Positions 23,808-37,432 of a DNA stretch of 64,000 nucleotides are shown here, in pieces. Made by a program: the position numbers and the translations under genes. The stretch lies in NCBI GenBank assembly GCA_030390025.1, contig CM059432.1, positions 114,330,001 through 114,394,000 on the forward strand, written 5' to 3'. Position 1 is the first letter of the stretch. Each line of letters starts with the position of its first letter. This DNA comes from Squalus acanthias (taxonomy: Eukaryota). A model generated the notes under the pieces. The model saw nothing but the letters and a program-made list of their open reading frames with translations, was not told the origin of the DNA and ran no database searches.

Positions 23808-25789
23808 ATGGCCAACTCGAGAACCAAGGCCTCCCCCAGGTTCTCAGATGAGTCTCTGAGTATTCTGGTTGTGGGAGTGAGAGCGAGCAAGGAGGTGCTC
23901 TTCCCCTCATCTGGGAGGAAGAAGCCTCCCAAACAAACCAAGGCTGTCTGGGTGCAGCTGGCACGGGATGTAACCTCCAGATCTGTGTGCAGCAGAACAT
24001 GGCTGCAGTGCCGCAAGAGGTTCACTGACCTTGTAAGATCAGCCAAAGTGAGTATACCATCAGCTTGACCCTTATTCTGCTCCCCTTCTCCTCTCATCAC
24101 CAGCACTCTGCATTGTCAACCTCCTCCTACACATCCCACTTCACTCTTACAACCCTTGCACCCTTAACCATCCCACTCACTCTATGAACACAATCACTTC
24201 ACTATTCGACTATGCTGCCCTCACACTCCCTAACAATGTTATGCAATGACGACTAACAACACACAGGGAGAGCCCTTGGAAATGGAACCTCACTCCATCT
24301 TTGTCTCCTTCTAAGCATCTATGTGCTGGACTCTCTACACTCACTCCATCATTCTCACTCAAACTCCACTTGTCTCCCTCATTGCAGGAAAAGAGAGCCC
24401 ACAATAAAAGGGAAAGGGCGAAGACTGGAGTAGGGCCACCTTCCCTCGCCCATTTGACCAATGCGGAAGAGGCGGCCCTGGCAATCGTTGGCGCTGAGAT
24501 GGAGGTGGAAGTGGGGGACAGACAGACGGGTGCAGCAGAGCAAGCTGGTGACAGAATAGTCTTGCTTCTCTCTCTTTTACATTGCAGGAGTCACTAAAAT
24601 GGCTGCGAATGTACATTTATAGAATGGCAATTGATCATCTGCGTTATTGCATGTGCATGCCACACTACCGCAACATCTCTAACTCATTTCTTTACTCCCC
24701 CACAGGACCATCGACAGCCCCCCTCCCCACTGTCCAGGAGGAAGAGCCTGAGGCAGAATACTCCTCAGAGGAACCTGCAATCTCTGAGGACGCGTCAGCA
24801 GATGTAAGCGCACCCAGCACCAGCGCAGATACGCACACCTCAGTGGGACCTTCGGGAGATAGAGTAGTGTTGTCACCTGGTGTATCACAGCTCACAAGTG
24901 AGCATCAGCTGGTGGTGGATAAAGGGACAGCAGTGGAGAGTCCTCGTCAGAGGTCACAGGACTCTCCTAGCTCTGCTCAGCTGCATGTGGACCCTGTGCC
25001 TCCGTGTCCATCCAGAAGGAGAGCGGTGCTGGAACTCCAGGGACAGGTGAGGAGTCTCTGGCAGGTTTTGTCTCCAGGGTCACTGCGTGTGTGGAGAGGA
25101 TGGAGGAGTCCAACTCGAATATGAGCAGAGCCTTTGTGGGGTCATTGGCGCATGAGCGCATCTCCTCGGAAAGGTTGGCTACCTCCGTGGAAGCGATGTC
25201 TACGTCCGTGGTATTGATGGCAGCCTCTCTACAGACGATGGCCAGGGCCATGGAGGAGATAAGTCACCAGATTGTTGAAAACATGCTCAATGTTCAGAAT
25301 AGACTGACATCTCTGGAGGAGCGATGGCCAGCTATTGATCAGAGAGACCAGAGCTTCATAGAAGTCCTCAGCAGTAGGACTGCCAGTGCAGATACGGGTC
25401 CTCATGGCCCCCCTGATGTGCAGCAAGGTGTTGTCAAACCACTTGCTAGCGCTGAGGTGGGGCTGATCCATGAGAGGGATGTTGGTGGCAGAGAACAAGG
25501 AAGTGGGGACTCCTCTCCAAGCACTCACACTTCCATGCCACTGCGTTGCCCTCAGTCAGAGCCCCACCAGAGTCCTCACCCAACTGAGATGGGCGTCTAA
25601 GCCCCTGCACAGCCGGAGGAGGAGCAGTCTTTTGTTGAGCCCTCACAGGCTCGCAAACCCAGAGAACGCCCGCCAAAGGTGTCGAAGCAGGAGCAGCATG
25701 AAAGTGAGCAAGGGGCCTCCACTTCTGCTGAAGCCACAGGGGAAGCACCACGTAGGAGCACGCGTAAGAGTAAGATAAAGCACAATTAG
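23808..25789 (+). pseudogene. Harbinger Myb/SANT gene of copy C: exons 23808-24047, 24388-24547, 24706-25789
   Basis: MANSRTKASPRFSDESL..W..RTWLQCRKRFTDLVRSAK|GTGAGT; TTGCAG|EKRAHNKRERAKTG..G|GT (phase 1); CACAG|. Frameshift near 25048 and premature TAA at 25598-25600. Confidence 0.88.
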
Positions 25790-26040
25790 TCACACGGGCA
25801 GTGACTTGGGTGTTTTTTTGTGTTTAATAATTAAATGCCATCCCTTTGTGAATGTATTAAACTCTGGTGATGGCAAACTGTTGACGTTATGGACTCTGTG
25901 ATTTCTATTTTGGAAGTTCCACGTTGCGGCCTCAGCGAGACTTGCTTGGTCAAGTTGGTGGCCAGAGTGAGAGGAAGCCAGAGAGTCATTGTGTATCTTG
26001 TGCTAAGAAGGAGCCAAGCACATGTGCTAGAATGGGCAGC

Positions 26041-27216
26041 CTAAGCAAATCTGGCCAAGATGAGTGCATCCCTTGCCTTCTGGCCAGCAATGTGCTCGCA
26101 TACTGCTGCTGCTGCTGGTTGATGCGCCTCCGCTCGGTCATCATTCTCCTTCTCCTCCTCCTCTTCATCTGAGGAGGCTATGTACTGAGCCATTTGCTCC
26201 TCAGGAAGCTGCAAGCCACAATGTTGTGCAGCGCACAGCAGACCGCGACCATTCTGGAGACCCTGGCTGCTGAGTACTGCAGGGTTCCACCTGATCGGTC
26301 AAGGCATCTGAATCGCATCTTCAGCAAGCCGATGGTTTGTTCGATGATGGACCTGGTTGAAATGTGGCTGGCGTTGTAGCGCTCCTCAGCTTCGTTTGCT
26401 GGCCTCCTGATCGGCGTCATTAGCCACGTCTTCAGGGGGTAGCCCTTGTCTCCAAGTAGTCATCCGTTAAGTTGGTTTGGCGGCTTGAAGAGCGGAGGCA
26501 CACTAGACTGCTGCAGGATGAACGAGTCATGGCAACTGCCACAGTACTTGGTGCAAACATGCAAAATCTCCTTCTTGTGGTTACACACCAGCTGTACATT
26601 GAGGGAGTGGAAGCCCTTGCGGTTGACAAAAATAGCTGGGTTGTGATGTGTGCAGTCTATGACGCCCTGCACCATTGGCAAGCCTGCCATATTTGCGAAT
26701 CCAACCGCACGCGCTTGATCCGTTGAAAAGTTGATGTAATTGTGCGCCTTTGTGAAGAGGGCATCAGGAAACTGCGTGATGCAACTGTGGGCGGCCAACT
26801 GGGAGATGCCGCTGATGTCTGCTGATGATCCCTGGAAGGAGCCTGAAGCATAAAGTTGAGTGCGGTGGTGACTTTGACAGCCACTGGTAAGGGGTGTCCA
26901 CCGGATCCTCTGGGCTCTAGCTGTTGGTGCAGCATTGCGCAGATGCCTCCGACAACCTCTCACGAAAGTCTCAGCCTCCTTTGGCACTGCTGCTCACTCA
27001 TGTTGAGGAAGCTCATCCTCTGTCTGTAAACCCTGAGAGGAGGGTATCTCCTGCAGCGACGTGCTGCCTTGTGCTGGCGCCTTCTGCCCTTTGCACCATC
27101 AGGTGGGTGAGCAGCAGGTTGGCGCTCCTGCTGCTGTTGCTGCTGTTCTGCTGCTGCCGTGGCTGCTCCTCATCCGAATCTGAGGTCCATGATGAAAGGA
27201 AATGAATGTTTCCCAT
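26041..27216 (-). pseudogene. Harbinger (HARBI1-like) DDE transposase of copy C, frameshifted
   Basis: MGNIHF..; [82 protein letters not shown]; ends ..ARFA*. Confidence 0.92.
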
Positions 27217-28879
27217 GCTGCTGGTTGATACCTCCATTGGGGAAGTGCTCAGTCCAAGTGGGGAGAGGGTTTTCCCAGGAGGTCCCAAAGTAGATCGATT
27301 TCAGCTGCACCACCTCCGACTTCAGTAGGCCTGGAAAAAGTGCTCAAAGACCTGTGGAAAAAAAGTTCTGCCACCTGCAACTCATCCCTGTTGAATGCTC
27401 CGTTTTTATGGTGGAGCTGCAGCTGTGAGGAGGCCAGCCACTTGTCAACCCGCCAGGATTAGCTGGCATGGTTTAGGAGCAGCGTGCAACACGCTGTAAA
27501 TGTGGCAAAATAACAAAGGCCTGGGAAAATTGGATTATTGAGGCCCTTAAGCGCTTCTTAAGGGTCTTAATTGCCTATTCCGCCTCTTGGAGGTGGGACT
27601 GAATCGCACTCGTGAAGCCCGCCTCCGGCAAAGTGGAGCAGAGGCGGGTTCCGAACCCGCACTCAATTTTTGCAATTTTACCAACTGTTCCGCCTCCAAA
27701 CCCGCCTCCTCAGGGCTGGGAAAATCGTCCCCTATGATTCTCCGACTCTATGGTAACTACTGATTAGGAAGGTCATTTGGCTGTCATGGTTCAGAATTCT
27801 TTGGCATGAGCTATGTTAAAATGTGTTTCTTTTAGCAACGTCTTGCTTAAAAGAAATTAGCTTCCCAACATGCTGAGTTGTGGATCGATAGGCAGATGAG
27901 TGGTAATTAGTATGCAAGATGGTAAGTTGTTTCTCTCAGACACCCAAACAATGGACAATTGGTTAGCCATGTCTGGTTATTCATAAAAGACACTTTGCAG
28001 CTTGATGTTGAATCTTTGTGGTGGCTAACACAAGAAGTGTGCTGGAGAGGGGGGGGAAGGAGCTAGAAGCCCATCACTAATGGAGGTGGTGATAAATAGC
28101 ATGCAGAACGTGTGATCTGCTTTCGTAACTGATAATATCTGTATCCTTTACTCATCATGGATCCCAGGCATTTGCTGCTCAGAACCAGCACAAGTTTGGC
28201 CATCGGTGATGAATGCAGTGAATGAGTTATTGATGGACTGAGAGAAAGACAGAGACCCATTTTACACTTTCAGTTCTGTCGTAAAGGTGCAGCTTTGATA
28301 ATAAATCTGCCATCTAGTGAGACTAAAAATAGTTATTAACATTAAAATCCCAGAATTAGGATCAGCACAATTTCTAAAATGTAAAGTAGCTATTAGCCAC
28401 CATTTGAACATTTTATCCAATTGCAAAAAGTAAATCACATAAAGCAGGATTTAGTCAAAAATTTTACGTGAGTCAGCAAATGATGACAGAATTCACATTT
28501 TTCCTGATGGAACAAACACAGCTAAAAAGAAACCTTGACTTGCACTACATGACACAGTACAGTGGTATGAAATAGAGTGCATATAGGGTCTTATCCATTC
28601 CATTGTGCTAACAGTGGGGCTTAGTGCTCTGGCACTGCTGAGGAAGCAGGGAGAGTGAAGTTAAATGATTTGCAACCCATCAACCATTAGACCACCGCCA
28701 CACTGATGTTGCCATAACACTATCTCACAGATATTATCTCATCAATAAACAAATGAACCAAATTAAAATTAGTATGAAAAGGATATCTCCAATGATGATT
28801 TGAGGAAGGTATTTGTAACAGCTTTCAAAATTAGGACACTTTTTAGACAACTTGTGGAAAGGCTTTTGAGAATCTATCC

Positions 28880-30590
28880 CAGAATCATAGAATGGTTACA
28901 GCACGGAAGAAGGCCATTTGGCCCATCGAGCCCGTGCCGGCTCTCTGCAAGAACACTTCAGCTAGTCCCACTCCCCCGTCCTTTCCCCGTAGCCTTACAA
29001 ATTCTTTTTCCTTTAGGTACTTATCCAACTCCCTTTTGAAAGCAGTGATTGAGTCTGCCTCCACCGCCCTTTCAGGCATTGCATTCCAGATCCTAGCCAC
29101 TCGCTGAGTAAAAAGGTTTTTCCTCATGTCGCCTTTGGTTATTCTGCCAATCACCTTAAATCTGTGTCCTCTGGTTCTCGACCCTTCTGCCAATGGGAAC
29201 AGTTTCTCTCTATCTACTCTGTCCAGACCCCTCATGATTTTGAGCACCTCTATCAAATCTGCTCTCAATCTTCTCTGCTCTAAGGGGAACAACCCCAGTT
29301 TCTCCAGTCTATCCATGTAACTGGAGTCCCTCATCCCTGGAATCATTCTCGTAAATCTTTTCTGCACCCTCTCTAAGGCCTTCACATCCTTCCTAAAGTG
29401 TGGTGTCCAGAATTGGACACAATACTCCAGTTGAGGCCGAACGAGTGTTTTATACAAGTTCATCATAATTTCCACGCTTTTGTACTCTATACCTCTATTC
29501 ATGAAGCCCAGGATCCCGTAAGCTTTTTTAACTGCTTTCTCAACCTGCCCTGCCACCTTCAACGATTTGTGCACATATACCCCTAGGTCTCTCTGTTCAT
29601 GCACCACCTTTAGGATTGTACCCTTTAGTTTATATTTCCTCTCATTCTTTCTACCAAAATGTATCACTTTGCACATTTCTGCATTAAATTTCATCTGCCA
29701 TGTGTCCGCCCATTCCACCAGCCTGTCTATGTCTTCTTGAAGTCTATCACTATCCTCTTCACTGTTCACTATACTTCCAAATTTTGTGTCATCTGCAAAT
29801 TTTGAAATTGTGCCCTGTACACCCACATCCAAGTCATTAATATATATCAAGAAAAGCAGTGGTCCTGGAACCGACCCCTGGGGAACACCACTGTATACCT
29901 TCCTTCAGTCCGAAAAACAACCATTCACCACTACTCTCTGTTTCCTGTCACTTAGCCAATTTCATATCCAGGCTGCCACTGTCCCTTTTATTCCATGGGC
30001 TTCAACTTTGCTGGCAAGCCTATTATGTGGCACTTTGAATGAACGCCTTTTGGAAATCCATGCACACGTCAGCCGCATTGCTCTCATCAACCCTCTCTCT
30101 TACCTCATCAAAAAACTTGATCAAGTTGGTTAAACACGATTTGCCTTTAACAAATCCATGCTGGCTTTTGTTAATTCATTCACACTTGTCCAAGTGACTG
30201 TTAATTTTGTCCCTGTTTATTGTTTCTAAAACCTTCCCTACTATCGAGGTTAAACTGACTGGCCTGTAGTTGGGTTTTCTATCTTTACACCCTTTTTTGA
30301 ACAAGGGTGTAACATTTGCAATTTCAAAGTCCTTTGGCACCACCCCCGTTTCTAAGGAGGATTGGAAGATTATGGCCAGTACCTCCACGACTTTTTCCTT
30401 CACTTCCCTCAGCGTCCTAGGATGCATTCCATCTGGTCCTGGTGACTTATCTACTTTAAGTACAGCCAGCCTTTCTCGTACCTCCTTTATCAATTTTTAT
30501 CCCATCCAGTATCTCCTCTACCTCCTCTTTCACCATGCCGATGGCAGCATCTTATTCCTTGGTGAAGACAGATGCAAAGTAATCATTTAG
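28880..30590 (-). mobile_element. CR1 LINE 3' half
   Basis: ORFs 28885-29850 (KFADDTK..RPQLEYCVQFW..WNAMP) and 30176-30493. ATTCTATGATTCT tail. Confidence 0.95.
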
Positions 30591-31449
30591 TCACAAGCCA
30601 GCGGGACAGACATCGATATGGGAAAACTGGCAGAGGCTGATTCAAATGAACATTTACGTATTCAATCATTGTCTGGTGATGGTTGATTGGAACTGATCAA
30701 TTCTCCAATGTAGATCATGAATCTGATATCTGTGCAGTCCTCCAGGGCCCTGTAGATGTTTGCCCAGTCATCCTGGCTCATTAATGGCACTTGGAGCAGT
30801 AAACCCACTCAGCTCCAGATAATTCTGTCAGCTAATAGGTGGTTGGCAGCAGGACATGCAGTGGGAAACTTATCAGTGATCTGCGCAATCTCAGTTGGCT
30901 TCCATCTGTAGCCCTGCGCACACTTGGGAATCCCAAAGCCTTTGCTACTGTCAACCTGCATCTCTTAGACTGTGCAATCCATATTCAGAAAACAGAAACT
31001 CCACCTGTGTGGATTTCTCATTAGCTTCATTTAGAGAGGCTTAAACACAGTGTAAGAGTTTCCCCCTGTGTCGGGTATGAAGCTAATTTAAAAAGCACAG
31101 TGCTAATTAGAATAATTCTATGAACTGCAAATGGTGCGAGTTCAAACTCAGTCTTGCATGTTTATTTCAAGTGGGCCTATGTTAATAATTGGAAGCTTAC
31201 CTCTGACTCTTAAAGGGGAACAAAAATTATTATTTTTTAAATTGTCAAAATGTACTTATTTACTTTCAAACAGAATCTTTTACCAGATGTTCTGAACCAT
31301 GTATTGATGTACTATGGAGAAGCTTTGTTTGTAACACTGCATCTTTTCTCTTCCAGGTAATGTCAATTTTAAGTACTTACTTAGTAAACTATAATGACGT
31401 AGCCCCCATTAATAGAAATAAACCAAGCTGATTCATGGATTTTGACATC

Positions 31450-31860
31450 AACAAGAGGGAGGTTTGAGACAGGCCTAATGGGCACAAAACGAGCAAATCC
31501 CCACGAACAGATAGCATTTATCCAAGGATACCAAGAAGGACTAGGGAAAAGATTTGTAAAATACTGACAATTATCATGAGGGAGTCACTGAATACTGGAG
31601 AGCTTCTGCTGGATTGGCAACAAACTAATGTATTATCAATAATTCAAAAATAGGGATAAATCGGGCAATGGTCAGGCGATCAGCTCCGCCAGATTACCAC
31701 CCAAGTGGTGAAGATGAACATTTATCCCAGTATGAATTAAATGTGCAGATGGAGCAGGAGGACAGTACAATTGGGACCTAAGAAAGGAGTTAGTTAAAAT
31801 GCATAAATGAGTAGAGTGTCAGGTGAAATTTAATACAGAAAAGGTAATGTGAGACACTGC
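31450..31860 (+). mobile_element. Highly degenerate old CR1 fragment
   Basis: Residual GGATTGGCAACAAACTAATGT (DW..ANV) and CAGGTGAAATTTAATACAGAAAAG (QMKFN.EK) similarity. Confidence 0.45.
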
Positions 31861-32202
31861 ACACCGTCATGAAGGACAGGTGTTAAGTAGTTAAAGGTTA
31901 AGATTTCACTGTACAATTGTTCAACTGAAACCACTTTAATCAACAGCTTAGGTACCATTTTACATTTTATCCTCAAAGATGCTGACCTACTTTGTCTGGG
32001 AGGAAAGTCTAAAATAAGCAGATATATTACTTTGGGGGTGATTTAAAGCAATAAAGGCTCAAATGACCATCTAAAATCCTATCAGCCAACAAGCAAACTG
32101 CAGAGACTAAATTCTAGGGAAAATATTGATAATATCCGGATACTTTTTTTAATTAAACTGTTGATGCTGACATTAAGCCAGCAATCACAATCAAGATACA
32201 AT

Positions 32203-33034
32203 GGGCTGGATTTTGCCAATGGGGAACTTTTGGAGGTGGGACTTCCACTTGTCGGATTTAAGTCCCGCCTCCATCAACTTCTGGCCAACCTACGCTATTT
32301 TCCCTTGATTGACCTTGTTAAGCCCGCCCAGCAGGCTTAGCAGGCCAATTAAGGGAAAGCCGGTTACAGAGAACGTCAACGTATAACGTTTCATCTGTCA
32401 AAAATTTGACAGATGAATTGTCATCATTTGACAGCTCTGTGAAGCTGTCAAACACTGACATTCTCTGTAGTTTGATGAGTTTTTGAATTCAAGACCTCAT
32501 CAAACCTCTTTCTTTTGTAGAAATTAGATGGTTGCTGCACTGGAGAATGCAACGGCCATCTGTCATCTCTACCACGGAGGTGCGAGACTCTCCGCATACC
32601 CACCGATTGAAGCCTGCAGGAAGAAACAAAGGTAAGTACACTTTTCTAACACTTTGCGCTTACCTCAGATACTCACCTCTCCACACTAGCACCCATCACT
32701 CACCTCCATAGCACACTTTTGGACCCCTCCGACTCCCGCAGACCCACTACTTGCCTCGGTGACCTTGGCGGGTTTCGGAGCCTTCGGGAAGCCCGCACTT
32801 GTGTGGGCAAAATGGGGATAATTCTATTTTCTGCCTGTTAACTACCTGTTAACAGGCAGTTAAGTGGCTTTAATCCCTTCCCGCCTCCAAGGAGACGGGT
32901 CCCGGCACGGGACGGCTACCCGCCTCCTGGCAAGATGGCACGGAGGCGGGTTGGGCACCCGCCCCCAAATTCTGCCATTTTCCCGGCAGTCCCACCTCCA
33001 AACCCGCCTCCCCAGGGCTGGCAAAATCCAGCCC
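32203..33034. mobile_element. Harbinger MITE G (~830 bp), reverse homolog of D
   Basis: TIR GGGCTGGATTTTGCCA / TGGCAAAATCCAGCCC with AAT TSD. Confidence 0.92.
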
Positions 33035-33111
33035 AATGTAATTAGTCAGTAGTGAGAACGTGCCTTTATTGAGGACAAAAATAAGGTATAATAATATGAA
33101 CTTAATTTCTT

Positions 33112-34180
33112 CAACAACAACACCAACTCATATTTATATAGCGCCCTTATGTAGTAAAATGTCCCAAGGCACTTCATAGGAGTGTCATAAAACAAAATTT
33201 GACACCGAGCCACATAAGGAGATATTAGAGCAAATGACCAAAAGCTTGGTCGAAGAGGTAGGTTTTATGGAGCGTCTTAAAGGAAGAAAGACGGAGAGGT
33301 TTAGGCAGGGAATTCCAGAGCTTAGGGCCTAGGCAGCGGAAGGCACGGCCACCAATGGTGGAGCGATTAAAATCGGGGATGCGCAAGAGGCCAGAATTGG
33401 AGGAGCGCAGATATCTCGGGGGGTTGTGGGGCTGGAGGAGATTAGAGATGGGGAGGAGCGAGGCCCTGGAGGGATTTGAAAACAAGGATAAGAATTTTAA
33501 AATCGAGGCATTGCTTAACTGGGAGCCAATGTAGGTCAGCGAGCATAGGAGTGATGGGTGAACTGGACTTGGTGCAAGTTAGGACATGGGCAGCAGAGTT
33601 TTGGATGACCTCAAGTTTACGTTGGGTAGAATGTGGGAGGCCAGCCAGGAGTGCGTTGGAATAGTCAAGTCTAGAGGTAACAAAGGCATGGATGAGGGTT
33701 TCAGCAGCAAATGAGCTGAGGCAGGGGCGGAGACGGGCGATGTTACGTAGGTGGAAATAGGCGGTCTTAGCTATGCTGCGGATATGTGGTCGGAAGCTCA
33801 TTTCAGGTTCAAATATGACAGCAAGTTTGCGAACAGTCTGGTTCAGCCAGATGCTAGGGAGAGGGATGGAGTCGGTGGCTAGGGAACAGAGTTTGTGGTT
33901 TCGGTCTTCCCAATATTTAATTGGAGGAAATTTCTGCTCACAGTCTGGCAATTTAGAGACAGTGGAGGAGTCGAGAGAGGTGGCGGTGAGGTAGAGCTGG
34001 GTGTCATCTGCGTACATGTGGAACCTGATGTTGTGTTTTCGGATGATGTCACCGAAGGGCAGAATGTAGCTGAGAAATAGAAGGGGGCCAAAGATAGATC
34101 CTTGGGGGACACCAGAGGTAACGATGCGGGAGTGGGGAAGAGAAGCCATTGCAGGTGATTCTCTGGCTACGACTAGATAG
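33112..34180 (-). mobile_element. L2 LINE 3' part (RT C-terminal half and tail)
   Basis: GVPQGSIFGPLLF..HMYADDTQLY..FVTSRLDYSNALL..LHWLPV; (CAA)n tail. Confidence 0.92.
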
Positions 34181-35520
34181 ATTATTGGGTAAAATTTTCT
34201 TGGAATAAAAATGAGAGAGTGTCCTCCACCTGCTAACAAAATTGCATTCTCAGAAGTCATACGTCTCAAAGCCACGCGTTACTACCAGTTTGTTAATTGG
34301 TTGTTATTTATGAAAATAAATAGACATTTCTCATTTTTTTGTAAAAAGAGCCATTTCAGGCCCTAACAAGCTATAGTGTTGTCTGTTCTGGAGAACACAT
34401 TCCAAACCTACATCCCTCATTCAGTAAACTACAAGTAAAAATCCATTCTAACACATTAGTTATTTATATTTCAGTAAAGGTGTCTTTCAATTAATTTCTG
34501 AAAGAGTACAGTAATCAGGAAATTGTAAGTCACAAGTTCCTTGTAAAATACAACCAGCTTCAATTCAGAGATGCAATTCTCATAGCAAAAGCATGAAGCC
34601 TTTAAAAGTTTCTTAAGATGTAAAACCTGCAGTGGACTCACATTACTTCCATAATTTTTTTGTTAATATTTTTTAATTTTCTCTCTATTTTTGAAAATTG
34701 TAATTTTCTCATCACTCTGTCAGCCACATGCTCCACACATCATTTCCCCGATCAAGAAAGTGCACAACCTGTTCTGCTGTACAGACAGTCAATAGGGTGC
34801 AGAGAGAAGTAATGCAAAGTTTCCTCCTTCCACACTGAGAAGCTCTCACTGTGTACCCAGATGACAAACCAGAGGATATGAACCCACTCTATTAGGAGCT
34901 ACAGGAGAGAATCACCTCCAACCACGCTGTGGAAGAACATATCAATACTTGGACCAGTTGGATACAGGATCAAGCTCACTCCAGGACTTACGCACATAAC
35001 CGAGCTGGCACTTCAGTGTAATATTGAGTGTTGCGGGTGCTGTAGAGGTGTCCCTGACGTCTGCATCTAAAGGTCTCTTGAATATACTAATAAGGGACCC
35101 ATGTCTGTTTTAGGACTCAAACCAGAAATTGTCAGGCCTGCTGCGTTCAGAATTACCTGGTCTGCATGTGGCTTAAACAGGGGTTCCTGAAGGGAGGCCA
35201 CCACAATAAAGGTATGTTTTTAAAGTTAAATTCATTTTTACCTGAATGCAGAGCCAGGAATGGCAGGACCGCTTCCGGCTCCACATTAAAAGGTGGGGCG
35301 CTGCCGGCCACCACTCACCCACCATCCCTTCGATCTCCTCCCCCTGCGGCCCCAGACTCACCTTGGGTCCTAGGCTGGTGTCTCAGCTAGCCAATCTTGC
35401 AACCCCACCACGACCGGTACCTGCCTCGGGGGCTGCACTGGTGCCTGCAGCTTTCCGGTACAATACTAATGGGGCACGCGCTGCACCCCAATTTGGGCAC
35501 AATTCAATTTCTATGCCCCT

Positions 35521-37432
35521 ATCCCAATATTTTTTGATGAGGTAACAGAGAGGGTTGATGAGAGCAATGCGGTTGATGTGGTGTACATGGACTTCCAAAA
35601 GGCGTTTGATAAAGTGCTACATAATAGGCTTGCCAGCAAAGTTGAAGCCCATGGAATAAAAGGGACAGTGGCAGCATGGATATAAAATTGGCTGAGTGAC
35701 AGGAAACAGAGAGTAGTGGTGAACGGTTGTTTATCAGACTGGAAGATGGTATACAGTGGTGTTCCCCAGGGGTCGGTATTGGATCACTGCTTTTCTTGAT
35801 ATATATTAATGACTTGGACTTGGGTGTACAGGGCACAATTTAAAAATTTGCAGATGACACAAAACTTGGAAGTATAGTGAACAGTGAGGTGGATAATGAC
35901 AACTTCAAGAGGACACAGACAGGCTGGTGAAATGGGCGGACATGTGGCAGATAAAATTTAACGCAGAAAAGTGTGAAGTGATACATTTTGGTAGGAAGAA
36001 CGAGGAGAGGCAATATAAACTAAAGGGTACAATCCTAAAGGGAGTGCATGAACAGAGAGACCAATGGTATATGTGCCCAAATCGTTGAAGATGACAGGGC
36101 AAGTTGAGAAAGCGGTTAAAAAAGCATACGCAATCCTGGGCTTTATAAATAGAGGCATAGGGCTGGATTTTGATACTGGGGCGTGTTGGGGTCGTGTCAT
36201 CCACTTTTCGTGTTATCCACCCGACTGCAATTGGATGTGGGAGATTGATGCGATTTTCACCTAATTGGGCAATTGAGTTCCAGCATGTGGGAACCCATGA
36301 CCCAATTAGTGTTTTCAGTCTGAAAGTCGCCTCTGATGATGTCATCATTGCTGCTGCATTGAAGGTCTTCAAAGATGCCTGGCCTTTGCTGTGAGAGGAC
36401 CTGGAGGCAAAATGAGCAGCAGCAGCCCTAAGTCTGCTCCCAGATATTTTTGCACCACCACTCCCAGATATGTCTCCCATCCACCACCACTCCCAGATAT
36501 TCATTCCCATCCATCCATCCAGCCGTGCTCCCGCCAGGTTTCACATTCATGGTTCAGAACAGGCGTGCTTCACGTAGAAAAAGGGTTAAAATTACAAAGG
36601 CCTTTCAAAATGGCATTATAGAGGCAATTTAGTGCTTGTTAGGGGCCTTAACAGGCTATCCCGCCTCTTAGAGGCGGGACAGAGTCGGGACCAGCAGACA
36701 CGATTTAATGAAATATGCGTGGAGGCGGGATGGAGGCGGGCTTGTGCCCACCCGCCAGTTTTCACAATTTTAACCCCCCACACGCCTCCAAACCCACCTC
36801 CACGGGTCAATGAAAATCCAGCCCATAGAGTACAAAAGCAAGGAAGTTATGATGAACCTTTATAAAACACTGGTTCGGCCTTAACTTGAGTATTGTGTCC
36901 AATTCTGGACACTGCACTTTAGGAAGGATGTGAAGGCTTTAGAGAGGGTGCAGAAAAGATTTACAAGAATGGTTCCAGGGATGAGGGACTTCAGTTACAT
37001 TGACAGACTGGAGAAGCTGGGGTTGTTCTCCTTAGAGCAGAGAAGGTTGAGAGGAGATTTGATAGAGCTATTCAAAATCATGAGGGGTCTGGACAGAGTA
37101 GATAGAGAGAAACTGTTCCCATTGACGGAAGGGTCGCGAACCGGAGGACACAGATTTAAGGTGATTGACAGAAGAACCAAAGGCGACATGTGAAGAAAAA
37201 CGTTTTTACACAGCGAGTGGTTAGGATCTGGAATGCACTGCCTGAAAGGGCGGTGGAGGCAGATTCAATCATGGCTTTCAAAAGGGAACTGGACAAGTAC
37301 CTGAAGGAAAAAAATTTGCAGGGCTATGGGCAAAGGGCGGGGGAGTGGGACTAGCTGAAGTGCTCTTGCAGAGAGCCGGCACGGGCTCAGCAGGCCGAAT
37401 GGCCTCCTTCTGTGCTGTAACGATTCTATGAT
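35521..37432 (+). mobile_element. CR1 LINE 3' half, interrupted by MITE F
   Basis: VVYMDFQKAFDKV, KFADDTK and ALERVQKRFTRM motifs. Same subfamily as 28880-30590. Confidence 0.92.
36160..36824. mobile_element. Harbinger MITE F (~665 bp), reverse homolog of E
   Basis: TIR GGGCTGGATTTT / AAAATCCAGCCC with ATA TSD. Splits CR1 ..INRGI|EYKS. Confidence 0.92.

Larger units (their letters stand above)
23536..27732. mobile_element. PIF/Harbinger copy C, full-length two-gene structure (~4.2 kb), both genes degenerate
   Basis: TIR GGGTGTGATTTTCCCA / TGGGAAAATCGTCCCC, TSD TAC/TAT in a CR1 tail. Myb gene on +, transposase on -, convergent. Confidence 0.92.

Noticed and set aside
21361..36824. Large inverted segmental duplication (D,E versus G,F)
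   Set aside because: The order is not mirror-symmetric and each MITE has its own TSD and different flanks, so these are independent insertions.
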